Of a DNA stretch of 64,000 bases, positions 55,997 through 63,802 are shown piece after piece. Numbering within the stretch: position 1 is the first letter of the stretch; each line of letters opens with the position of its first letter. Position numbers and translations under genes: made by a program. The notes beneath the pieces are model-generated. The model saw only the letters and a program-made list of their open reading frames with translations. It was not told where the DNA came from and did not search any database. This DNA is from a virus: the UHGV virus genome UHGV-0092003; one strand, 5' to 3'.

Positions 55997-56435
55997 GGAC
56001 AAGGCGATCATCAAAGAAGTGATGGATGACATCAGGCTTGATACGCATGATTTGGACGCGGTCTGGCGTCGTCAGCCGGAGCTTGTCGCCATTTATGGTT
56101 TTAAACAGGTTGAGGCTGAAAGCGCTGCGAATGCTGCGAAGCGGGATTTGGAATCTATCGAGGCGCGACTCTATTCGACGACGCGTGCCGGTCTGAGTTT
56201 CGACGGTGTGAAGATCAGCGAATCGACCATTGAAGCCAAAATAAAGTCGGCTCCGGCGTATCTTTCGGCTCGCCAAAAGTACGATGACGCGAAGTACCTC
56301 GCTGAGTTTTACAAGCAGGTTGTTAACGCGCTCGGACACCGTCGAGACATGATCGTTCAGGCGTCTAAAAAGGCAATTTCCGAATACGAAAGAACAGGTG
56401 TTGAACGATTCAACGCCCCTAAAAATGTATCTTGA
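55995..56435 (+). CDS. hypothetical protein (146 aa), possible recombination mediator
   Basis: Position adjacent to the SSB, FEN and RecA-family genes only. Confidence 0.25.
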   Translation: MDKAIIKEVMDDIRLDTHDLDAVWRRQPELVAIYGFKQVEAESAANAAKRDLESIEARLYSTTRAGLSFDGVKISESTIEAKIKSAPAYLSARQKYDDAKYLAEFYKQVVNALGHRRDMIVQASKKAISEYERTGVERFNAPKNVS

Positions 56436-56455
56436 TAATAAGTGATCGCTTATCT
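56436..56455. promoter_or_regulatory. family-A related palindrome GATAATAAG-TGATCG-CTTATCTATC
   Basis: ATAAG/CTTAT arms; upstream of the SSB gene. Confidence 0.35.
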
Positions 56456-56501
56456 ATCATAACCAAGTGCAATAAAAGCCATTAACAATAAAGGAAAACA
56501 C

Positions 56502-57479
56502 ATGTCCGCTTTAATGAACCTTCTGAAGAAAAGCCAAGAAGTTGCGAAAAACGCACGCGGCAATCGCGGAAACGATCTGCAAAAGATGCAACCAGGCGAA
56601 AACTACGTTCGTATCATCCTGAACAAAGACGACCCTGACAATATTCCATTCTCTCACAAGTACGGCATTCACTATGCCAAAACTAAAGGCGAAGATGGGA
56701 AGGACGTATACAGCGCTCACCTGTGCTTCCAGCATACCCATGATAAGCCGTGCGAAATGTGCGAAATGGTTATGGAAGCTAAAGCGAAGTACAAAGGCAA
56801 CAAAGCCATGGAAAAAGTCATCGACGATATGCGCGCCTCTCCGCGTATGGCTGTTGTCGGCATGTGGTCTCAGAAAGAAGACTTCAGCGACACCGATAAG
56901 ACTTCTCTCATCGATATGCCTATGTCCGTGTTTGACGACCTGATGGACGCCATTATGCAGGATATGAACGATGAGATCGGCGAACCGCTGAGCCGCGAAA
57001 AAGGTTACGCGTATCAAATTACTCGTACCGGCTCTGGTCTGGATACTGACTACAAAATCAAGCCGATGCGTAAAAACAAAACAGCAGTTCCGGCTAAGTT
57101 CTGGGATAACCAACCGTCTCTGGAACAGTTTGTAAACCAGACCGATCCGACAAAACTGATGGCGACCTCCAAAATGATTGCTCGCGCGACCGGTATCGCA
57201 CTGCCAGCGTCAATGGGTTCAAGCGCCGGTGCTCTGCCAACCCCAACCGGCAAAGCAGCTGCATCTCTTCCGGGCATGTCCATTACCGGCGTAGATGATT
57301 CAACTGTTGAAGCCTCTTTGCTGGATAAAGAAGTTGAATACGCAAAAGAAGCCGTATTCGAGCCAGAAGAGAAAGAAGTGAAAGAGGTAAAAGAAGCGCC
57401 AGCAAGCGAGCCAGTAGCTGAGCCGGAAAACGAAGATCTGGATGACATTTACGCGCAACTTAACGCGCTTTCTATGTAA
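56502..57479 (+). CDS. ssDNA-binding protein (gp32-like, Zn-binding)
   Basis: HLCFQHTHDKPCEMCEM Cys/His cluster. Acidic C-terminal tail EDLDDIYAQL. Confidence 0.5.
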   Translation: MSALMNLLKKSQEVAKNARGNRGNDLQKMQPGENYVRIILNKDDPDNIPFSHKYGIHYAKTKGEDGKDVYSAHLCFQHTHDKPCEMCEMVMEAKAKYKGNKAMEKVIDDMRASPRMAVVGMWSQKEDFSDTDKTSLIDMPMSVFDDLMDAIMQDMNDEIGEPLSREKGYAYQITRTGSGLDTDYKIKPMRKNKTAVPAKFWDNQPSLEQFVNQTDPTKLMATSKMIARATGIALPASMGSSAGALPTPTGKAAASLPGMSITGVDDSTVEASLLDKEVEYAKEAVFEPEEKEVKEVKEAPASEPVAEPENEDLDDIYAQLNALSM

Positions 57480-57524
57480 GCCAGCCGTTGATTTTAAAGG
57501 CGTCTTCGGACGCCTTATTTATTC

Positions 57525-58502
57525 GTGGAGAACAATGCCGTGAACATTTTAATAATCGACGGAAATAGCCTCGGTTACTACCACCAGCAGCAACCCAAAA
57601 AACTTCATAGCGGCGATATGGAGACTCAGGCAGTGTTTGGTTTTATCACCAATATGCGCCGCTATGCTTCGCTTCTGAAGGCTCGCCCTATCGTCCTGTG
57701 GGATGGCTTCAGTGACAAGCGTCGCGCGTTTTACCCGGACTACAAAGCCAACCGTGACGACAACGCAGAAATGAAGCAGATGAAAGAAGGTTTTGCCACA
57801 CAAAAGCCTTTCATCAAAAAAGCAATCACCGCGCTTGGCGTCGACCAGATCACCGCAATCGACGGCGAAGCTGACGATTTGGCCGGCATTCTGAAGAAGC
57901 GCTATGTTGCGTCGAAAGACGTCGAACATATCTATCTGTTAACCGCGGACTCCGACTGGATTCAGCTGGTTGACGAAAAGGTAACGTGGGTCAGTCTGCG
58001 CGAGGACGCTAAGAATAAGCGCATCAATATCGAGGCGTTTTCCGAGTTAACCGGCTACCCAACACCACGCGGCTATCTGGAAGGCAAAGCGCTGCAGGGT
58101 GATAAGTCGGACAACATTCAGCAAGTCGGCGGTATTGGCGATAAAGGCGCGATGGATCTGATTAACGAGTATGGCTCCATTGTTACGCTGGTTAAGGGGA
58201 TTTGCGATGGCTCTATTGTCATGGACAAAGGTCGCAACAAAACGGCAGTGAATAACCTGGCGAAGAACGCTTTCAATGAGAAAACCGGCTGTCGGATGCT
58301 GGAGGCGTTTATGCGGAATATTAAGTTGATGGATCTCATCGACACCAAATTCGCCCCGGAGAAGCTGGAAATTATTCGCGGTGAGCAAAGTCTGGAAGCA
58401 TTTAAGCAAATCTGTATGCAGTTAAATTTCCAGTCAATCCTCAGCGATCTGGATGTTTTTGTCGTGCCGTTCGTTAAGCGCTGCGGGTTGGTGGCTGAAT
58501 GA
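57525..58502 (+). CDS. 5'–3' flap endonuclease / exonuclease (FEN, T5 D15-like)
   Basis: N-terminal ILIIDGNSL and YKANRD motifs. Confidence 0.7.
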   Translation: MENNAVNILIIDGNSLGYYHQQQPKKLHSGDMETQAVFGFITNMRRYASLLKARPIVLWDGFSDKRRAFYPDYKANRDDNAEMKQMKEGFATQKPFIKKAITALGVDQITAIDGEADDLAGILKKRYVASKDVEHIYLLTADSDWIQLVDEKVTWVSLREDAKNKRINIEAFSELTGYPTPRGYLEGKALQGDKSDNIQQVGGIGDKGAMDLINEYGSIVTLVKGICDGSIVMDKGRNKTAVNNLAKNAFNEKTGCRMLEAFMRNIKLMDLIDTKFAPEKLEIIRGEQSLEAFKQICMQLNFQSILSDLDVFVVPFVKRCGLVAE

Positions 58503-58759
58503 TTGCGTCAATTATTACTGGAAAATCCACTACGCCGACCGCGCTGGCGAAGGAGTTAGTCTTCACCTATGGCGAGTATGTTGTGTCTGATTTTAACGCG
58601 TGCATCATCGGTCACAAAATCGCTCTGACAGCGCGTGAAGTAGATATCGTGAAAGGCCATATTCTCACCATCATTGAGCGATCCGCAAAAATGATGAACT
58701 GCGACACCATCACATTTAACCGTGAACAAGCCGAAAAAGAAATCGGCTTAACTAAATAA
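58499..58759 (+). CDS. hypothetical 86-aa protein
   Basis: Coupled ORF. Confidence 0.3.
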   Translation: MIASIITGKSTTPTALAKELVFTYGEYVVSDFNACIIGHKIALTAREVDIVKGHILTIIERSAKMMNCDTITFNREQAEKEIGLTK

Positions 58760-58775
58760 AACCAAAGGAAAACAC

Positions 58776-59843
58776 ATGAAAAAGTCACCATTAGCAGTAG
58801 CCATGAAAAAGCGTATCGGCGGAAATGATGAGATCCAAAAAGTCGAGCAATGGCTGGATACCGGTTTCCCCCCGTTAAACGAAGCCGTTTCTGGTGATCT
58901 GGAAGGCGGGCTTCCTTGTGGGCGTATTGTGGAGATTTTTGGGCCTCCGTCTGCAGGCAAAACTTTCCTCGCAACCCGCGCGATGATTGCTGCGCAGAAA
59001 GTTGGTGGTATTGCGGTATTCCTCGATCATGAAAACAGTTTTGACGTTGGTCTGGCAGAAGTTATGGGACTTCAGTCTGATGAAGATGAAGGTAATTGGG
59101 TTTACAAGCAGCCAGACACCTTTGAGGATGCTATCGACTTGACCGGGCAAATCCTGTCTCTGGTTCGCAAGGAGAATCTGATCCCAGCTGAAGCGCCCAT
59201 CGTCATTGTTTATGACTCACTGGCCTCCATGGTTCCGCGCCAGAAGTTCGAAAAGTTCGAGAAGATGGCAGATGGCACGGCCAAAGAGAAAGACGAGCTG
59301 AATATGAACGACAATACGGCACTGGCTCGCGCGACTTCGGCAAATCTCCCAACGCTGGCTAAGTGGGCGCAGAAGTACAATGCCTGCCTCATTTTCCTGA
59401 ACCAAGTGCGTACAAAAATGGGCGTCATGTTCGGAGACCCTACCACTTCCCCAGGCGGCGACTCCCCAAAATTCTACGCTTCCGTCCGCATCAAGCTGGG
59501 TGGCGGTCAGTTGAAAGAAGGTGGCGATCGCGTTGGTCAGCTGGTTAAAGCAGAGTGCGTAAAAAACAAGGTGGCGCCACCGTTCCAGAAATGCGAGTGG
59601 AACTTCTACTTCGACCCTGCGCGTGGTCTGGACGTCGTAGAATCGCTTGTAGAGTACATGCTTGAAAAGGGCTACATTCCGAAGACGTCCACAGGCCGCA
59701 TCGAGATTGGCGACAAGAAGTACACCAAGTCGCAGATCGTCGATATGTACCGCGAGAAGGAATTAAGCGAAATCGTGAAGGCGATTAAGTCGATTCAGGC
59801 GAAGATGAAGTCGAAAGATGAACCTGAAGTCGCTGAAGCCTGA
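58776..59843 (+). CDS. RecA-family recombinase
   Basis: GGLPCGRIVEIFGPPSAGKTFLA Walker A in a RecA-like context. Confidence 0.7.
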   Translation: MKKSPLAVAMKKRIGGNDEIQKVEQWLDTGFPPLNEAVSGDLEGGLPCGRIVEIFGPPSAGKTFLATRAMIAAQKVGGIAVFLDHENSFDVGLAEVMGLQSDEDEGNWVYKQPDTFEDAIDLTGQILSLVRKENLIPAEAPIVIVYDSLASMVPRQKFEKFEKMADGTAKEKDELNMNDNTALARATSANLPTLAKWAQKYNACLIFLNQVRTKMGVMFGDPTTSPGGDSPKFYASVRIKLGGGQLKEGGDRVGQLVKAECVKNKVAPPFQKCEWNFYFDPARGLDVVESLVEYMLEKGYIPKTSTGRIEIGDKKYTKSQIVDMYREKELSEIVKAIKSIQAKMKSKDEPEVAEA

Positions 59844-59998
59844 TCCAGTCATCTAGCCCAAACTTGAATTAGCAATCTCCCGGCGCAGAGCTTAACGTCA
59901 TGCACCAGTCAGCTCTGTGCCGAAACGGGACTCCTGATATGATAAACTAACCAGGCGCGTCTCGCTTCGTTGCGCAATCAGAATCACCTACTTTTCAC

Positions 59999-60022
59999 CC
60001 GCTCATACGAGCGGTTTTTTTT
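59999..60022 (+). terminator. rho-independent terminator
   Basis: CCGCTC-ATAC-GAGCGG followed by T8. Confidence 0.75.
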
Positions 60023-60092
60023 ATGCAAAGATTCGGTCTTGACGAACACAGCGAAGAAGACATCATTTGATACCTTCATGCTATGCCATATA

Positions 60093-60121
60093 TTGACTCT
60101 GCCAATGACTTCATCATAGAT
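60093..60121 (+). promoter_or_regulatory. candidate σ70 promoter TTGACT-17-ATAGAT
   Basis: Placed between the two terminators with no ORF downstream. Confidence 0.35.
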
Positions 60122-60127
60122 TGTCAA

Positions 60128-60339
60128 GGTGGTGAATCCCCCTGAGCGGTGGGGCGACCAGTCAGTTACAGTGATCTGTAAATGCAGCGCGAGCCATGTC
60201 GGCTGGGACATGCTCACCGGGAGGCACCCGGCACCACAAGCGTTACTAAGCAAATTCGTAGCAGAATTAACCCCTTGTTAACCCTGTTATGTTTAACAAA
60301 TCCAATTTCAACCCGCCCCCCCTTGTGCGGGTTTTTTTT
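60128..60339 (+). ncRNA. candidate ~210-nt small RNA (promoter to terminator)
   Basis: Bounded by the candidate promoter and the strong terminator at 60312–60339. Contains several internal inverted repeats. The only plus-strand ORF here is antisense to the minus-strand gene. Confidence 0.3.
60312..60339 (+). terminator. rho-independent terminator
   Basis: CCCGC-CCCCCTTGT-GCGGG followed by T9. Confidence 0.7.
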
Positions 60340-60352
60340 TAACTCAAACTGC

Positions 60353-61078
60353 TTAGCGGTCTTCCTTGCTCCCCTTTCTGACGCCAACTTTAGAGAAATG
60401 GCCATACATTGCGCCAAGGCTGGCAAATGGAAATTTTTCGCCCATTTGTGCCCGAATATCCTTACCTGTATATTCGCCAGATGCCCACATATCAGTACAT
60501 GCAGCTTTAAGTTGAACACGGGGATCTACCGGTTTCGGTTTAAGGGGCTTCTTACGAGGTTTTCTCGGATGCTCAGGTATGATGCCATTTTTCTTAAACC
60601 AGCGTCTAAGTGCGCCGACGTTTTTCATACCTAACTCGGGAGAGAGTTCATCAAAGATTTGTCGGGTTGTGTGCTGGCCGGCTTTCCTTAACTCCACGGC
60701 TCTTTCTCTCAAAATTGCTCGCGGATTATTCGGAGCGTCGGGCGACTCGGAGTTTCTTATGTATCCATTTTGCCGGAACCAGAAAAGAAGAGATCCCTTG
60801 CGCTGTATACCCAGACGGCCTTTAAACATTTCAAGTAATTCGGGAGCGCTATACAGACCTGAAATCCATAGCGCGGCAGCTTCATGCCTGTTTTCATTGA
60901 TTTTTTCTTTGGACTTGGAGCCTCGGATCTTGCCTTGTGATGAAAGCCAATGAACGAGTTCAGCTGAAGAACTCATGCCCATTCGTTTTCCTAACACCAT
61001 AAGGATCATGTCAGCATCAAAGGCCCCACTCTCCCATAGCTCAATGGCTTTTAACCCAGCCAACTCTCTGTCTGTCAT
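60353..61078 (-). CDS. DNA-binding protein with three tandem ~45-aa HTH-like repeats
   Basis: Repeats LGKRMGMSSSAELVHWLSSQGKIR, FKGRLGIQRKGSLLFWFRQNGYIR and LSPELGMKNVGALRRWFKKNGIIP. Only minus-strand gene in this block. Confidence 0.5.
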   Translation of the reverse strand: MTDRELAGLKAIELWESGAFDADMILMVLGKRMGMSSSAELVHWLSSQGKIRGSKSKEKINENRHEAAALWISGLYSAPELLEMFKGRLGIQRKGSLLFWFRQNGYIRNSESPDAPNNPRAILRERAVELRKAGQHTTRQIFDELSPELGMKNVGALRRWFKKNGIIPEHPRKPRKKPLKPKPVDPRVQLKAACTDMWASGEYTGKDIRAQMGEKFPFASLGAMYGHFSKVGVRKGSKEDR

Positions 61079-61148
61079 TCGTCTTCCAGGCCGCTAAAAA
61101 GAACATGTTATGCAGGATAAAAGCAGGGTTCAATATGTTTCGCTTGAT

Positions 61149-61169
61149 GATAAGTAAGCACTTATTTAT
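61149..61169. promoter_or_regulatory. palindrome GATAAGTAAGCACTTATTTAT (family A)
   Basis: 16-mer GTAAGCACTTATTTAT shared with the site at 48191. Confidence 0.5.
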
Positions 61170-61200
61170 TATGTATAAGCTTTTCAACAAGAGAAAACAC

Positions 61201-61404
61201 ATGACCACAAAACTGTATTTAAAAATCTGCGCACTGATCTCGTTTGCGATGTCGATGGCAGGGTTAGTCATCCCCTATCTCGTGTCTCAAAAGAGCGACG
61301 TTGCTGTCCTGATTGGCTTCGTGCTGATGTTCACAACCCCCTTCGCTTCCTATAAAGCGGCTAAAAGCATTATCCATCAACTAATTACAGGAAAAACAAA
61401 ATGA
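61201..61404 (+). CDS. small 2-TM membrane protein (NfeD-like partner candidate)
   Basis: Two hydrophobic helices; coupled to the SPFH gene. Confidence 0.4.
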   Translation: MTTKLYLKICALISFAMSMAGLVIPYLVSQKSDVAVLIGFVLMFTTPFASYKAAKSIIHQLITGKTK

Positions 61405-62228
61405 AAAAGGGAATTATCGCACTGGCTGTCGTAGCGGCCATGACCATGTTAACAGGCTGCGAGTACGTTAAGCCTGGTGAAGTGGGTATCAAGGTCAACA
61501 AATTAGGTGACGACAAAGGTGTTGGGGAAGTTGTTGGCGTTGGCCGTCAATGGATTGGCTGGAATACCACTCTGTACACCTTCCCTACCTTCAAGCAGAT
61601 GAAGTCGTATGAAGACGCCTTCAACTTCCAAATGAGCGATGGTACAGCGATCGGCTATCACATTGGTGTAACTTACAAAGTAGACCCGACCAAAGTCACC
61701 ACCATCTTCCAGACCTACCGTAAAGGCGTCGACGATATCACCGAAACCGATCTGAAACAGAAGATCGCAGACGTACTGATTAAACAGGCCAGTCACATGA
61801 CCACTGACCGCTTTATCGACGGCGGCAAAACTGAACTTTTGGATAATTCACTGAAAGCTATTCAGACCGAAATGGGGCCGGTTGGAATTCAGGTTCTCAG
61901 TCTGTCTTGGATGGGTAAACCGGAGTACCCGCCGAGCGTTATCGAGTCCATTAACGCCAAAGTAACGGCAAACCAGACCACGCTGCAACGTGAGCAGCAG
62001 GTTAAGCAAAAAGAAGCTGAAGCAAACATGGTTCGCGCCCAGGCAGCGGGTGAAGCTGACGCCAAGGAAACTCTGGCTAAGGCTGATGCTGAATCTATCC
62101 GCATCCGCGGTGATGCTCTCCGCCAGAACCCGGAGGTTATGCAGCTGGAAGCCATCAACAAATGGAACGGCACACTGCCGCAGTACATGACCAACGGCGC
62201 GAATACCCCATTCATTACCGTTAAGTAA
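61401..62228 (+). CDS. SPFH/band-7 domain lipoprotein
   Basis: Lipobox LTG|C. Band-7-like core followed by an Ala/Glu-rich coiled-coil. Confidence 0.55.
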   Translation: MKKGIIALAVVAAMTMLTGCEYVKPGEVGIKVNKLGDDKGVGEVVGVGRQWIGWNTTLYTFPTFKQMKSYEDAFNFQMSDGTAIGYHIGVTYKVDPTKVTTIFQTYRKGVDDITETDLKQKIADVLIKQASHMTTDRFIDGGKTELLDNSLKAIQTEMGPVGIQVLSLSWMGKPEYPPSVIESINAKVTANQTTLQREQQVKQKEAEANMVRAQAAGEADAKETLAKADAESIRIRGDALRQNPEVMQLEAINKWNGTLPQYMTNGANTPFITVK

Positions 62229-62290
62229 TTCAGTAATCAAAAGGCGTCATTTTTGGCGCCTTTCTCTTCTCAGTAAAATATCAAACATAA

Positions 62291-62307
62291 GAAAACAACT
62301 TGTTTAA
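62291..62307. promoter_or_regulatory. dyad GAAAACA-ACT-TGTTTAA (family B)
   Basis: Directly upstream of the AAGGAG RBS of 62317. Confidence 0.45.
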
Positions 62308-62316
62308 GGAGTGAAA

Positions 62317-62574
62317 ATGGATAATTCCTGGGTCGATAAAAATCTAACCTCTATCTCGGTTTCAGATATCACAAAGCCGCTAACCGGCCGCATCGCTCGC
62401 GTCGATTACTGGTGGCTTGAGAAAGATGGCCAAGTCTTCAAAACGAAACACAGCAATGCCTTCCAGTGCAACAAAGACCGCCGTGTCATTGATACGGTTT
62501 ATGCACAAATGATTCGCGACGATGGGTTTTCAGTAATCAATATCCCTGTTGCTTACGTGGAGCCAAGACTATGA
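62317..62574 (+). CDS. hypothetical protein
   Basis: ATG with AAGGAG RBS; the ORF-track GTG at 62311 is less likely. Confidence 0.4.
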   Translation: MDNSWVDKNLTSISVSDITKPLTGRIARVDYWWLEKDGQVFKTKHSNAFQCNKDRRVIDTVYAQMIRDDGFSVINIPVAYVEPRL

Positions 62575-63311
62575 CGGTAACTAGACAAAAGCCTGAAGTG
62601 AGCAGCGGCACAGCGTTCAAAAATCGAGACATGGTAACGCATCCGGCATTTGGTCTGGTTCGAGTTGGTCGTGTCAATTCATCCGGCACCAATCTGTTCG
62701 ACTCTGACATCGATCACCGCGAGTTAATTGAATTAACGTTCCATACAGCGGCCATTGAGCAGGATGGATACAGCAATCGCGTCACTAAAGGAGAAGACCG
62801 CAGCCCTCTTCTGGTAGCTCGACTCAGCGCGGCGCAGTGGGCAGCGATGGTATCCAGCTTCGGCGTTGGCGAGGGTGTTCCATGCACTCTGTCTAAGATC
62901 CGCGATGGAAAGCTCGTTCACCTTCCTGAAATAGAGAAGTCTGAAACGATGCACGAGCGTTTCTCTAATGATATCGCGGCGCGAGTACGCAAAGACATCA
63001 CCAGGATCGAAGCAATTACCGACAAACTCGGTTCACTGATCGCCAGCGGGAAAATTGGCAAACGCGATTTGCGCGACATCTACGACTCCCTATCCAGCGC
63101 AGTCAACAACCTGCCAGGCAACATGGCATTCGGCGCTGAGCTAACCCAAGAAGCGGTCGACAAAATAGTGGCTTCCGGGAAAGCGGAAGTTGAAGCGTAT
63201 ATCGCCGGCGCTGCGATGCGTCTGGGACTTGAGCAAATGGTCACAACCGGCCCAGAACTCAACATCAACGAGGATATTTTGAAAATGCTGGAGAGTAAGA
63301 ATGGCGCCTAA
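62571..63311 (+). CDS. hypothetical protein (246 aa)
   Basis: Coupled ORF. Confidence 0.4.
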   Translation: MTVTRQKPEVSSGTAFKNRDMVTHPAFGLVRVGRVNSSGTNLFDSDIDHRELIELTFHTAAIEQDGYSNRVTKGEDRSPLLVARLSAAQWAAMVSSFGVGEGVPCTLSKIRDGKLVHLPEIEKSETMHERFSNDIAARVRKDITRIEAITDKLGSLIASGKIGKRDLRDIYDSLSSAVNNLPGNMAFGAELTQEAVDKIVASGKAEVEAYIAGAAMRLGLEQMVTTGPELNINEDILKMLESKNGA

Positions 63312-63612
63312 TTACGGACAAATTTTTGAATGTCTGAAGTCTATGTATGAGGTTGAAAGCGACGATTCGGTCTGGGAAATCCTCAATCAAAGCGATGACC
63401 CTGTTGAAGAGATCGCGAAGGCTCTGAAGCTATTGGGGAATCCGAACGTCGGGCTGGAGTGGGATGCTGATGGTGAGCCTAACTTTTACACCCTACTCCG
63501 AAACGGAAAATGGTTCGCCAAGGTTCAGCTCAACGGCGAGATGAGTACCAGCCAGCAAGAAGCCTTTTTAAGCACGTTTGCCACTAAACACGAGAGGAAG
63601 CCAAATGCGTAA
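63301..63612 (+). CDS. hypothetical protein (103 aa)
   Basis: Coupled ORF. Confidence 0.35.
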   Translation: MAPNYGQIFECLKSMYEVESDDSVWEILNQSDDPVEEIAKALKLLGNPNVGLEWDADGEPNFYTLLRNGKWFAKVQLNGEMSTSQQEAFLSTFATKHERKPNA

Positions 63613-63760
63613 CAAATACCCAGGCTGCTGCTACTACTGCAAGAATTGGGTCGCCAAAGGTGAAGGTCATTTTGAGCGCTTCGCTGGTCGATTCCGCGTT
63701 ATTCACGCCGATTGTGTGCTGAAACAACGCCAGGCGAAATCCGCGGCCGCTGCGTGATGC
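63605..63760 (+). CDS. small Cys/His-containing protein (51 aa, zinc-ribbon-like)
   Basis: CCYYC…HADC. Start overlaps the previous stop (AATGCGTAA). Confidence 0.3.
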
Positions 63761-63802
63761 AGCTCTTACCTAAAAGAATGTTGTAACTATATAAGGCAAA
63801 AC

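Noticed and set aside
60182-60634. 150-aa plus-strand ORF
   Set aside because: Antisense to the well-supported minus-strand HTH-repeat gene and spanning a terminator; no RBS.
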